This document shows positions 11,789 through 22,870 of a DNA stretch of 64,000 nucleotides, piece after piece (position 1 is the first letter of the stretch; every line of letters starts with the position of its first letter). Location of the stretch: contig CAWCSK010000003.1 of assembly GCA_963798205.1 (NCBI GenBank), forward strand, positions 10,360-74,359. The letters are read 5' to 3'. This DNA comes from an uncultured Methanosarcinales archaeon (GTDB taxonomy: Archaea; Halobacteriota; Methanosarcinia; Methanotrichales; Methanotrichaceae). Below the pieces are notes generated by a model, which saw only the letters and a program-made list of their open reading frames with translations, did not search any database and was not told the origin of the DNA. Position numbers and translations under genes: made by a program.

Positions 11789-12410
11789 TCATAATGGTCT
11801 TATTGCCCTCCCCGGATCATTTTCTCTTCTTCTTTTTGCGACAATAATGGCCTTCTTCCTTCTGGTGTAGGTTACAAAGGTGATGACGGCCGCAATCGCG
11901 ATTGAGCCGAAAAGGAGCAGCATGGCCGCGATTACTAAAAGAATGATGCCTTCAACGACACCTTTTCCCACTGCCAGAACAACCTCGGGACCGGGCGCTT
12001 TGGGATAAGATGCGTTGATCCAATAGATGCCAGGCCTCTCCACTCTTAAAGGCCGTGATAGACTGGCCGGAGCGGCTGCCAATGGAATAGGTGGTGCCCG
12101 TAGCCGTATTGGTGGCCAGAGTCTGGCCTGACGCCTTCTCAGATACACTGATCTTGAGGCCCGGTATCTGCCCACCTGTATCGTAGACCCTGCCATTGAA
12201 ATAGCTCTGGCTTTCGTAATAGATGGTGTAGTCGCCCGGCTCCTTGAGATCCATTTCTGCATTTCCGGGTGCCGCAATCTGCATTAAGCCGCTTTCCAGA
12301 CTCGAGATACCTGTGAATATATACCCGGCAAATGCGACAAATCCGATGATTATTATCAGCACGGCCAGGCCGTAATACCAGATGCTTGGCTGAACATTGC
12401 TATTATTCAT
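11789..12410 (-). CDS. Hypothetical two-TM membrane protein (frameshifted)
   Basis: N-terminal TM, extracellular beta-rich domain and C-terminal TM split over two frames. Confidence 0.65.
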
Positions 12411-12560
12411 GAAAACCTTCTCCCGCCTCAATCCGGCCGAAAAGATGAACGGCCTTTTTTAATGCAGTTATTCCCAGATATATTTAGATATTTAGATCTA
12501 TATGGTTGTTCTTCGGGTTCGACGGATTCTTCACCATTGTTTCCGGCTTGTTTTCTCAGA

Positions 12561-13903
12561 CTATTGGAGTGCATCGTGTTTCCAGGTATCGATATAAGCC
12601 TGCACATCGAATTTTCTCTTCGAGCCGCTGTAGCTCATGTAGCGCACCTTGCCATAGATCGGCCTTTCCTTCCAGGCGCGATCATGAACTCCGCCAATGC
12701 TCCAGGCCGCTCCCACATAACCATTGGGATCTCTGCCATCCAATTCGTACCGGTCATTGAGATAAATGACAGTGCGGAGCGCCTCAGCTGGAGACTCCGT
12801 CCACTCCAGGATCTTTTTGGCCCAGTACATCCTCATGTAGCCATGCATCTTACCACGCCGGACCATCTCCAGTTGGGCCGCATTCCAGAGATCATCGTGA
12901 GTCTTGCCCATCTCCAGCTCTTCTATTCCGTAGAGGTACTCTCGTCTGTCTCTGGCATGCTCTTCCAGGGTCAACTTCGCCCAGGCCGGGAAACCCTGCA
13001 TGTCGTCGTAGTTTTGATTGTAATAGCAGAAGTTGTCCGAGAGTTCCCTGCGCACTACCAGCTCTTCCAGGAATGCCCCTGCGTCTTTCAGGCTCTTTAT
13101 GGCCTCCAGGGCCACTCTCGAGGCTCCTATCTGGCCGAAGTGCAGATAGGGAGAGAGATCTGACTGGCCATCCCGGTTGGGATCATTTCTATCCGTATCA
13201 TAACGGGAGAGCTTCGTCTCTAAAAAGTTCTGCAGATGCTTTGAGGCGCTGCTCTCTCCGGGCTTAATCCAGCTCAAATCAGGGGAGCTGTCGGCTTTGA
13301 TATTCCTTGCCAGGGCGTCCCAATCGTTTCCAACCACCCCCTGCGACGAAGGATTCTGGTGCGTCGCCGGGAACTCTTCCAGGAACTCGAAGAGCAGCCG
13401 GTGGACCTTAGGCCGGAAGCTGTAGGCGGCCCACTCCTGTTTGGGTGAGGCAGACCAGCAAGGGATGATGTTATGGGCATCAACCTCGTAAAAGGGAAGA
13501 CGGATATCGTTTGCCACAGCACTCTTCCATTCCCGGCTCTGCCTCAGAGGAGAAAAGTCGGATACCAGCGCACCTGCCTCGATCTCGCTCAGGAGATCCG
13601 GAATCTCGTGCCCGGGATCGCCCTGCATCAGGAAAAAGGGAATATACAGATCCTGCAGTCTCTTTTCTACCTTTTGAGCCCTTGCAGCATGAAGTGGTAG
13701 TGCCTGCTTGTCGCACCCAGGAATTTCGGGGTTAGGCAGAAGGCGACAGCCAGGGCAGAGTCGTGCTCGTCGGCCAGCTCCTGGGCGTAAGTGAGTGCCC
13801 AATTGTCGCTGACCCGCTGGTCACGGCTCATCCAGTAGACCACCGGGCCTTTCTCTTCTTCCGCCTGATGGAGGGTTCTGATCCTCCTGGGATTCACGGG
13901 CAT
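12561..13903 (-). CDS. phr: Class II CPD deoxyribodipyrimidine photolyase (frameshifted)
   Basis: VVYWMSRDQRVSDNWAL, LSPYLHFGQ, RRELSDNFC, GKMHGYMRMYWAKKILEW, DGRDPNGY. Confidence 0.95.
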
Positions 13904-14076
13904 GGACAACACCACAGAACTACAATTTTCCAGTACATTAATGCATAAGGCGATTTGGCGATTGTCAATTCTGTGATTGTCTCCTGAAGGTTTTTCAGAG
14001 ATGAAGCAAAGAAGAAAGGAGAGGAAAAAGGAAAGAAGAGAAAAGGAAGAAGAACGAGAATGGATTGAGGTAAATC

Positions 14077-14523
14077 ATGCAATATTCAGAAGGAAATCTG
14101 GGGCGGATTTTTGTCCTGAGGATGGACCACGGTGAAGACCTGATCGCATCGCTGCAAAAGTTCTTGCGGGAGAAGAAGATCGAGTCCTGCATGGCTCTTT
14201 TCATGGGAGCTCTCCGCGACGGCCGGGCTGTAACGGGGCCGGAAGAGCCCGTAATTCCGCCCGTCCCGCATTACGAAAGCTTTGAGAGCGCCTGGGAGGT
14301 CTTCGGCATGGCTACAGTTTACCCATCAAGCGAAGGACCGATGCTGCACATTCATTCCGGGATGGGACGGGGCACTAAAACGATCGTGGGCTGCATCAGG
14401 GAAAAGGCCGAGGTCTACCTGATTGTGGAAGTGGTCCTGCTGGAGTTCTCCGGGCTGAAGGCAGAACGAGTCTGGGACGAGAAGATGGGGCTGAATCTGC
14501 TCTCTCTGGAGAACCGGCTGTGA
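14077..14523 (+). CDS. PPC/DUF296 domain protein
   Basis: GRIFVLRMDHGEDL, LHIHSGMGR, EVVLLE. Confidence 0.88.
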   Translation: MQYSEGNLGRIFVLRMDHGEDLIASLQKFLREKKIESCMALFMGALRDGRAVTGPEEPVIPPVPHYESFESAWEVFGMATVYPSSEGPMLHIHSGMGRGTKTIVGCIREKAEVYLIVEVVLLEFSGLKAERVWDEKMGLNLLSLENRL

Positions 14524-14547
14524 AAGAGATTCGAATTGTTAGTTAGT

Positions 14548-14668
14548 CTCCGTGCGTACTCTGTGAAATCTGTGTCTCTGTGGTGAAAACGCCGTTAGAC
14601 GCTGGTTATAGACCAACGGTTACGAACGCCCACCACAGAGACACAGAGCGCACGGAGGACTCACAGAG
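14548..14668. repeat. Intergenic inverted repeat made of CAC(A/G)GAG units
   Basis: 17-bp perfect IR tctgtgtctctgtggtg (14569-14585) / caccacagagacacaga (14631-14647), plus shorter IR modules. Confidence 0.85.
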
Positions 14669-14746
14669 GACTCGATTATTCTTGTTCTCCACTCGATACA
14701 GCGAGGAGCCAAATTTATTCGGATTGAGACCAGGTTCACCGCTCGT

Positions 14747-15136
14747 TCATCCCGATGAGCTGAAATCGATGAAAACCCCCACCAATTTGTTGCCACTGAA
14801 GTATCCGTAAACCGGATATTTGCCCGGACCCGGCTTCAACTGAACGCTATTGCCGCCGTCGGCTGCAATAATCAAGCCAGTAGTCACGTCAAGGTATCCT
14901 ATGATCCGGTAAATGGGGGATGGATTCAGGAGACCATAAGTATGGCTGTAGTCTGTACCCTGGCTTGAGCCAAAAGGATCGCCGCCTACCCACGGTCCTC
15001 CGATGCCTTTATTGAAGAGATTCTCTGCAGCCTTTTCTGCAGGTCTGTATTCAACATTGCCGACTCCTGCAGCCAGTGCCGGCAAGAGTATTGCGGCTAC
15101 CAATATGATTAATATCGACTTTCCAATTATCCTCAT
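14747..15136 (-). CDS. Secreted hypothetical protein
   Basis: Signal peptide MRIIGKSILIILVAAILLPALAA. Confidence 0.7.
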   Translation of the reverse strand: MRIIGKSILIILVAAILLPALAAGVGNVEYRPAEKAAENLFNKGIGGPWVGGDPFGSSQGTDYSHTYGLLNPSPIYRIIGYLDVTTGLIIAADGGNSVQLKPGPGKYPVYGYFSGNKLVGVFIDFSSSG

Positions 15137-15338
15137 TGATTGCACCACCGAAATGTCAACTTTCTTTAGGATGATAGTGCGCTCCACATTTATTTTGTTT
15201 TCCCTGAATGCGTACAAGGGCCACCGAAGAAGCACCCCGGAGAGCTAGTCGCCGGACGGAGGATGTGCAAATGCGGGCAACTTCTTTTAGCAATCCAATA
15301 GACTTATCTCTAAAACATTCAATCATGTTTCGATAGAA

Positions 15339-15465
15339 ATGGTACTAGATCCAGTCAGCCTAGCCGCTCTGGCCACTCCCTTTCTGGCTAAGGGCGCGGA
15401 AGCCTTCACGAAAACCGCCGGGGAAAAGCTTGGGGGAAAAGTCGTCGAGCTTTGCCAAGCTGTTG
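15339..15465 (+). pseudogene. Truncated N-terminus of a probable TPR/NTPase-type protein
   Basis: MVLDPVSLAALATPFLAKGAEAFTKTAGEKLG resembles N-terminal helices of such proteins; it runs abruptly into an inverted PIN fragment. Confidence 0.45.
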
Positions 15466-15530
15466 GTCATGGTGATCGCGGCGATCAGCTCATCGAAGTC
15501 GTTATATGGTTGGAGATTGCCCATTGCCTC
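15462..15530 (-). pseudogene. PIN/VapC gene fragment
   Basis: AMGNLQPYNDFDELIAAITMTN resembles the VapC D-x-LIAA motif region. Confidence 0.5.
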
Positions 15531-15564
15531 CTTGGACCAACACATAATGAGAAGACAGAATTTT

Positions 15565-15995
15565 TCAGCTAGGCTGATATGATTGGCGCCATTGGTCTGG
15601 CGAGATTGTCTTCACTGTCTGAGGACAGCGCTTCAGAATCTCTTGATCCCAGGAGATCAGTATTGCATCAAAAACTACCGCAACGGCAGCATAAACAGCG
15701 TCAGCACCTCTCAATCGATTCCTTAGTGCAATCTTTGCAGCCTTTCGGGCTAATGGAGGTCAAGAGATATGATATTGATGCCGGGAAGATCTTCAATTAT
15801 GCAAACAAGCTCTTCAGCCAGCGACGGATCATCAGTCTGCCTGGCAATAGCCGCAGCGCATTCTGCCAGGACGAGTGAGGGACAATAGATCTCATAAGCT
15901 TGTGCCTCTCGCAAGAACTCTCGGCTTATGAGGTAGCCAGGCTCATCGTACCGTGCAGAAGCGACAAAGACGCTGGCATCGATAGTGCACTTCAC
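15565..15995 (-). CDS. vapC: PIN-domain VapC toxin (frameshifted near 15750)
   Basis: TIDASVFV, PSLVLAE, then LRGADAVYAAVA...LISWDQE in the second frame. Confidence 0.85.
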
Positions 15996-16252
15996 CTTCG
16001 CATCTCCGAAAGGACATCCACAGCGCTTTGTTCTCCCTTCCAGGCACGGCTCACCTTTCGGGCCAGGTCATCCATCCTGGTATCCCAATCTACATCTGGC
16101 TTTTTCACGATATTTCCTGGATTGAGCGATACAAGCAGGGCTACAGGGCATCCTTCCGATCCTATCAGAGTAATGGATTCTCCAAGAGACAGCCCTTCGA
16201 GGAGCTTTTCCAAATTGCGTCCGGCACTCTTCAGGGCGATGGCTTCAGACAT
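15992..16252 (-). CDS. Phd/YefM-like antitoxin
   Basis: NLEKLLEGLSLGESITL...PVALLV, C-terminal SAVDVLSEMRR; 4-bp overlap with vapC. Confidence 0.75.
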   Translation of the reverse strand: MSEAIALKSAGRNLEKLLEGLSLGESITLIGSEGCPVALLVSLNPGNIVKKPDVDWDTRMDDLARKVSRAWKGEQSAVDVLSEMRR

Positions 16253-16559
16253 TTGTTCTTCCTTTTATCCAATTGTATTCTTCCATTCCATTTAATTCTT
16301 TTGAATTTCTTCTTTCCGGCCAAAGGTCGAGGATCTCAAGCAAGAACCATCGGCTGCTTCGAGCACAATAATTCAATCTATCAACCGTTCCCTGCAATGG
16401 TATCCAAGCCTGCCCGGCGTTGGGGGCGCCTGGCTCTTCTCTCCCGCGAGCAATACCCGCGCGCGGCGTCTATTGCAGGCAGATGCTGCGGATCCATAGA
16501 GTGAGTATCGCAAACGATGTTCAGGAAGCCACTTGATGAAACATCATTTCATCCATCTG

Positions 16560-16911
16560 GGCAAGCCTGTCAAGTCCGTCGAATATTACCCGCAGGCTCT
16601 GAAGATCGACCGCGAAATCGGCGACCTCAGGGGCGAAGGAGTGGGCTAGGCGACTTGGGCAGTGCCTACCCCGCCCTGGGAGAGCCGCGCAAAGCCATCG
16701 AATATTACGAGCAGGCACTGAAAATAGCTCGCGAGATCGGAGACCGACGGGGCGAAGGAAACTGACTTTTCAACATGAGCCGATCTTTAACAGGCTCGAC
16801 CAGCGGGCAAAAGCCATCCCATTGGCAAAATCTGCGTTAGAGATATTCGAGCAGATCGAGAGCCCCAATGCAGAAAAAGTGCGGCAACAGCTTGAGGAGT
16901 GGCAAAAATGA
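16560..16911 (+). pseudogene. TPR-repeat protein remnant
   Basis: AIEYYEQALKIAREIGDRRGEGN repeats with frameshifts and an in-frame TGA; C-terminus IFEQIESPNAEKVRQQLEEW. Confidence 0.8.
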
Positions 16912-17038
16912 AGGCGACGCCAACCAAAGCCATTCCCTATCCAGAATCCGAATCACTTTGCAGCTCCCAGAAATCTGCCCTCCCAAAAAATGCAAAATCC
17001 GGCAACCTTTTTATCCCCTCACACCGCTATCCCTCTCC

Positions 17039-17715
17039 ATGATACTTGTCTATTCTCTAGGCGGCTCCATCCTGGCAGGCCGCGACGCCGCAGAGCCTGC
17101 GTGAGTACGCCAATGCCCTCCGTCAGCTGGCCGCAGAGCACCAGATCTATCGTCGTCGTCGGCGGCGGCAGGATCGCCCGCGAGTACATCGAAAAGGCGC
17201 GCGCCCTCGGCGCCAGCGAGATGTTCTGCGATACCATCGGCATCGGCGCGACCAAGCTCAACTCCGCTCTGCTCGTGGCCGCCCTGGGCGCAGCCGCGCC
17301 GCAGGAGATCCCGGACTCCTATGCAGAGGCCGCCCGCCTGGCGCAACCGGGCAAGATCGTGGTCATGGGCGGAGTAGCCCCCGGCCAGACCACGGACGCC
17401 GTCGCTGCCCTCCTGGCGGAGTACGTTCACGCCGACAAGCTGATCGTCGCCACATCGGTGGACGGCGTCTATACTGCCGACCCGGAGAAGGACCCCACTG
17501 CCAAAAAGCTGGAGCGCATGACCCACTACGCGCTGGCGCGCCTGGCCATGGAGACCGAGATGAAAGCAGGCTCCCGCTCGCCCGTCGATCCGCTGGCTGC
17601 CAAGATCATCGAGAGGAGCTGCATCCCCACATCCATAGTCCTGGGCAGCAAGCTGGAAAACTTGAGAAAAGGTGCCCTGGGAGGGCACACTGGTACTGAG
17701 ATCAGGCCGGAGTAA
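17039..17715 (+). CDS. pyrH: Uridylate kinase (frameshifted near the 5' end)
   Basis: LVYSLGGSIL, VVVGGGRIAREYI, PGQTTDAVAA, TSVDGVYTADP, VDPLAAKII. Confidence 0.93.
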
Positions 17716-18568
17716 GCGACTTTACCAGGTCTCCGGGAGAGATGAATCCCCAGAGCACACCCTCTTCCGAGACGACCAACTGGCTGGCGCCGGTCTTGCC
17801 CAGCATCTTGATGGCTTCGTAGATGGGCTCCTCAGAGTCGATGGTGAGGAAGCCGCGTGTCATGATCTCTCTGGCTTCCTGACTTGTCTTGCCGTCCGCC
17901 ACAGCCCTTGTTATGTCGGCGAGGTTGATCAATCCGGGTGAGCTGTCGTCCACCAGGGCCTCCTGAACGCCGTTGTGCACCAGAATGCGCGCCGCCTCCT
18001 GAAGCGAGACGCTGGGCGGGATGCGCACGGCGCGGCGGGCGATCTTCTTGATGGCAACCTTTGGCACCGATATCATCTCATCAATGTGCAAGATGAGCCG
18101 GCTCATGGTGTCGTCCCTGCCCCGAACAGTACCTCTGATGTAGAGCTTGTTCACGGGAGTCGGCCCTACCTCTATCTCGTCTCCCACATTGAAGTCTCTG
18201 ATGTTGCCGATGACGCGAACCACGCCGTCGCACTGCTGCGAGTGCATGACCTTGTTGAAGACGATCTCGCTGGCAGTGGCGCCCTCCATCAGCACGCCGT
18301 TCCTGATTACGGGAACGGTTACAACGTCCCCGGTGGCTTCGATGTTGAGCGCCTCATAGGCGCCGCCTGTCGCCCGGTAGCCGCCTTTGGGCCCCGGCAC
18401 GCCTTCCACCAGGTTCAGGGCCTTGAGTGATTGCATCTGGTTTCGGATGGTACCTGGATTGCGGTCTATCAGCTCGGCAATCTCCTCGCCCTTTACTGCT
18501 CGTCCTTCAATGCGATGAATGTTGATCAGTGCGGTCAAGATGTCTCTTTGAACAGGTGTTAAATCCAT
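17702..18568 (-). CDS. HTH + CBS-domain putative regulator (DUF293-type)
   Basis: VKGEEIAELIDRNPGTIRNQMQSLKALNLVEGVPGPKGGY; C-terminal CBS pair. Confidence 0.88.
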   Translation of the reverse strand: MDLTPVQRDILTALINIHRIEGRAVKGEEIAELIDRNPGTIRNQMQSLKALNLVEGVPGPKGGYRATGGAYEALNIEATGDVVTVPVIRNGVLMEGATASEIVFNKVMHSQQCDGVVRVIGNIRDFNVGDEIEVGPTPVNKLYIRGTVRGRDDTMSRLILHIDEMISVPKVAIKKIARRAVRIPPSVSLQEAARILVHNGVQEALVDDSSPGLINLADITRAVADGKTSQEAREIMTRGFLTIDSEEPIYEAIKMLGKTGASQLVVSEEGVLWGFISPGDLVKSLTPA

Positions 18569-18711
18569 AGTTCGATCAAACATTGTTCATGATTAATGTC
18601 CTATATAGCCTTATTGATCATGATGTCTCTAAACAAATTCAGATTAATTCTGATCCGGCTTTCAGACCTTCATACTCGAGCAATTTTGCTTGAAACAGGA
18701 AAAATAACTTC

Positions 18712-19822
18712 TTATTTTCTCATGGGGCATATTTTGCTTCCCTGGTAGGGAAAACGCCCCATTCGTTGCCAGATCTTCTTCACCGGCTCCAACAGGATGT
18801 TGCCCCAGGACTCCGGGTAGCAGGAGCAGGGATAGACCTCTCCCGCCGGTGTCACATGCATCCAGCTGCGGGCCGCAAAGCAGCCAAAGCGCTTGTAGGC
18901 ATCGGGAACCGAGAATATCCTGGGCGCTCGCGCTCTTCTGCTCAGGACGAAGTCTGCCAGCAGGGCATGGTCGCCGGGGGTCATGGCCAAACCCTCTCGA
19001 TCGGACCAGCGCCCCGTTGAGACCACCTCGAAGAAGGTCAGCTCATGCGCGCCCACGCGTTCGAGCGAGGTCATGGAACGCTTGCAGATGAGAGATGTTC
19101 TCGCGGCGCAAGACGACGTATAGGTCGACCAGCAGGCCGGCTTGAAGAGCATTTTCCACAGCCTGCATGGCCTCCCGAAAGACTCCCGCCCTTCCGCGCA
19201 TGGCATCGTGCTCTTCTGCCACAGGGCTGTCCAGGCTCACATTGACGGCATAAAGGCCCGCCTCCTTCAGCCGCTTGGCGAGCGGGGCGGTGAATCCCGC
19301 GCCAGAGGTGAAGAGGGTGGAGATGGCCCGGTCGTCCACACACCGCACCAATTCCGGCAGCTCCGGATAAAGTGCTGGCTCCCCGCCGTCGAATATCACC
19401 AGCGTGGTGCCCATCTCCAGAATCTGGCGGATGAGGTCCCGGACCGTGGGCGGGGAAAGGCGAAGCTTGTTTCCGGAATTGGGCAGGGCGCAGTGGGCGC
19501 AGCGGTTGGGACACTCTTCCGTGATGGAGATGGTGACCTGGTCCGGGGTGCGCAGCCCCAGCATGGCCCGCATGCGGCTGTCCGCCAGCCGGTCGAAGGC
19601 CCGGCCGGGCAGGGGAGGAATCCAGGTGGAGAGAGAGAGCTGCTCCGGCCCGGCGTGAGCCGCAACCTGTCCCTCAAACATCTCCATGCTGGATTTGATC
19701 AGGGGCAGATGAGCCAGAGGCCCCGCAATATCGACCTTTACCCGGCCTTCCTGCACGCTGGCCTCTGCCTTGAGCAGAGGATTGCGGTAGAGGAGATAGG
19801 ACCTGGAACTACCTCCGGACAT
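18712..19822 (-). CDS. Radical SAM protein with SPASM/twitch domain (frameshifted)
   Basis: CPNRCAHC, DGGEP, CFAARSWMHVTPAGEVYPC. Confidence 0.9.
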
Positions 19823-19924
19823 ATCGCTACAGGGATCATCACTACAGGATCAAATCATGACAGGGAACATCATGACGGGACGCATCACCGGGAGGGGCAT
19901 CTTTTGCCCTCCTGCCCACGGACA

Positions 19925-20265
19925 TCAATAGACATCCTCGGGATCGAAGACCTTCTCGCCTACAACCTGTTCCGTCTATGGTGCGGTAGAAGCAGGATCT
20001 ATAACCGGTATGGCAAGCCCCGCCTTCCTGCTCGATCAATCAGCAGTATGGCATCTTCATCGCAATCGACTCGTATCTCCCTGACAAGTTGAAAGTGCCC
20101 TGAGGACTCGCCTTTCAGCCAGAGCTTCTTTCGCGAACGAGACCAGTAATGGGCCTTGCCCGTCTCTCTGGTCCTGGCCAGAGCCTCATCGTTCATATAG
20201 GCCAGCATCAGCACCTCGCCTGTCTTCCAGTCCTGGGCGATCGCCGGTATCAACCTGTCATTCAT
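19925..20265 (-). CDS. hisI: Phosphoribosyl-AMP cyclohydrolase (frameshifted)
   Basis: [45 protein letters not shown]. Confidence 0.95.
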
Positions 20266-20314
20266 GGCAAGAATGGTAGTGGATATATCCTATAAGGGTC
20301 TTGCTGAAAGTGCG

Positions 20315-21485
20315 ATGAAATGCATCACCTGCAAAGGCCGGGGAGACTGCGGCAGGCCGGTCTGCCCCATACTGCGGAGGTTGGAGGAGATCTCAGCCCT
20401 GCCCAAAATAGGCAATAGCATGGAAGGAATGTCTCCTCCCGAGGTATTCGTAGGCAGGTACGGCTACCCGCGGGTTCGAGCCGGGCCCGTCATCCCATTG
20501 GGCGAAGCTCGGACGCCGTCAATGCTGGGCATGGACATAGGGGAGATAATCGCCAGTGCGTTCGCAAATGGTACGCTCAGAGACGAAGATTGGTGTAAAG
20601 GATGCACAGGCACCGGGAAAGCTGCTGGAGGCCTGCCAGCAGATCGCCATGTCTTCTGAGCCGGTAGGAACAGAGGTCTCTTTCTTCAAGCCGCCCCAGG
20701 GACGTCTCCAGTTCGACGGCGTGCTCTCCCCCTCCGGCCCATCCGGAGAGCTGAAGAATATGGAGATCACTACCAATCCGCTCATTCCTCGCAAGGTGGA
20801 CGAGATCGTAGAGGACAGGGATGCGGTCGCTTCCGTTGCTTTGGGCGAGCTGTATTCCTCGGGCATCGGAATGGAGCACATCTCTCGCATGCTTTCTCTG
20901 GGCTTGCTTGGCAGGAAGAGAAAGCTGGTGCCGACGCGCTGGTCCATAACCGCCTCGGACGACATGATCGGCAAAGAGCTTAAGGAAGCCGTGTTGGACA
21001 AACCGCAGGTTAACGATTATTATCTCTTTTCCGGAGAGGATTTGGGAAACCACTTTGAGATCCTGCTCCTGCCCCGTCCCTTCAGCTTCGAGCTGATTGA
21101 GATCTGGCGGCCCCGCTCCGTCTGGGCCGAGGACGGATTCATAGGTGGGGACCGGGAGGATGCGCGGCCAAAGATTGGATATAGCCCTCTTGCCGGCGGC
21201 TACTATGCAGCGCGCCTGGCGGCGCTGGAGCATCTGGCCCTGGTAGGGCGCCAGGCTGCGGTGTTGGCGGTGCGGGAGATCTCGGAAGCTTACTATGCAC
21301 CATTGGGCGTCTGGGTAGTGAGAGAGGTCGCCCGTAAAGCAATGAGCTCGCCACCAATACGCATGGGGAGTCTGCCTGAGGCAATGGCGGAGATGCAACG
21401 AAGGATTAAAACCCCTGCCAGTCAGTGGCGTAAGTCCGTTCAGCTTTTGGAGAAGCCCGTACAAAAGAGTCTGACAGAGTTCTAA
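20315..21485 (+). CDS. nreA: Nre family DNA repair protein (frameshifted)
   Basis: CITCKGRGDCGRPVCP, VFVGRYGYPRV, LVPTRWSITASDD, C-terminal PIP box QKSLTEF. Confidence 0.92.
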
Positions 21486-21626
21486 CCGGGACTGCAAATT
21501 CCCGGAAAGTCCTAAACAATGTTTCTGATCAACATACAGAAGAACTATTAAGGACGCATGTGTATAATTTTCAGTAAGATCTAATCGTAATCGTCTATAT
21601 GATCACTTAAGCTATATCTTATTCAT

Positions 21627-21965
21627 ATGGGATGGGAAAAATATCTTAAGGCAATAATCGCAATTGGCCTAGTAACGACATCAATAGGCCTGGCATCACC
21701 GGTTGCCGATATCTCTGATGTGATGAACTTAATTTTATCCTCTGAAAAACCCGTCATGAGTTCTCAGGAAATGTCTGCCTTTCTTACGGCTCATGGGTTT
21801 GATGCCGCCGCCAAAAACGGCTACACAGAGCTGGCACTGACGGGCAAGATCTACAAGATCATTCCCAGTGCCGACAAGCCGGGATCGTACGACACGGAAC
21901 TCATAATACAACAATGTCCAAATACCAAAATGTACGAGGAAGACCAGATATATCTGAAATCCTAG
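21627..21965 (+). CDS. Secreted hypothetical protein
   Basis: Signal-peptide-like N-terminus, 112 aa. Confidence 0.65.
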   Translation: MGWEKYLKAIIAIGLVTTSIGLASPVADISDVMNLILSSEKPVMSSQEMSAFLTAHGFDAAAKNGYTELALTGKIYKIIPSADKPGSYDTELIIQQCPNTKMYEEDQIYLKS

Positions 21966-22371
21966 GGACATTTGGAAGTGGCGCTCCTAATTAAGCCCAA
22001 TATCCATGTTTTGCAGTAATTTTCGAATACAGATGGCAGGCCGTTATATCTCTAAACAGTGTGTTTTGGTCAGGATCTCCTTGCTCAACCTCGCCCTCTG
22101 GGAAGCAATGGGCTCAGACAACTCCACCTTTTACGGACATGAAATCAAGTGGGAGAACAATGTACGCTGAAAATTTTTTCGGATTGATACCAAGCAGACG
22201 GCAGCGGATGTTGCGCTTTTTGATAAATGACCCAGGAAATGGGCCGGGCCATCAAGCCCCGTCACTTCGTTTAACCTTCCATTTGGAGTTGTTGCACACT
22301 GGAATTTTCAGGTTGGCGGGTGATTATTGAGGGCCGAGCCCGACCAAAACGAGATGCTTCACTTAGAAATC

Positions 22372-22465
22372 ATGAATTAGGAGGGAGGCAAAAGTCATTT
22401 GGATGGGAAAGAAATGAGTTTCGACCTTTGCCATGTACTATATACGTCAATTGCCGAGATATAAG
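22372..22465. repeat. Dispersed degenerate repeat, copy 1 (copy 2 at 50620..50718)
   Basis: atgaa(t/a)aggagggaggcaaaagtc 24/25 identical, followed by a shared tcgac...tgtacta...acgtcaattgccga block. Confidence 0.7.
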
Positions 22466-22870
22466 CTTTTCGGCTATGGCATTTTCTTCAAGAAAATCGT
22501 CGAGGGGATAGAGGTCCAAGAGGGACCTATATCGCATTCATCGAACATTTGAAGTACCAATCACTCAAAAATAGAGGATTTAACATCGCACCAGGGCCCA
22601 TGATCTCGCGACAATCAGGCAAAAATGGCATAGCTTGAATATCTCGCTATGCCTCTCTCGGGACGAGAATCCATACGTTTACCATCAACGCCCCTCCATC
22701 TCGCTATCGGTATTGTTGCGCATCCTGGCCTGATTTGGACTGGATACGTCCTCAGAGACTCTGCCTAAATCAGGGCAGCCTGTCTTATGATCGATATTAT
22801 GCGTGGGCGGTTACGGTGTCAGGGTTCCTAGGGAGTAAAGCATTTAATCTCAAAAATGCGTTTTCTATTT

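Noticed and set aside
13990-14065. Purine-rich (GAA/GGA) tract
   Set aside because: Low-complexity intergenic sequence with no ORF or clear repeat unit
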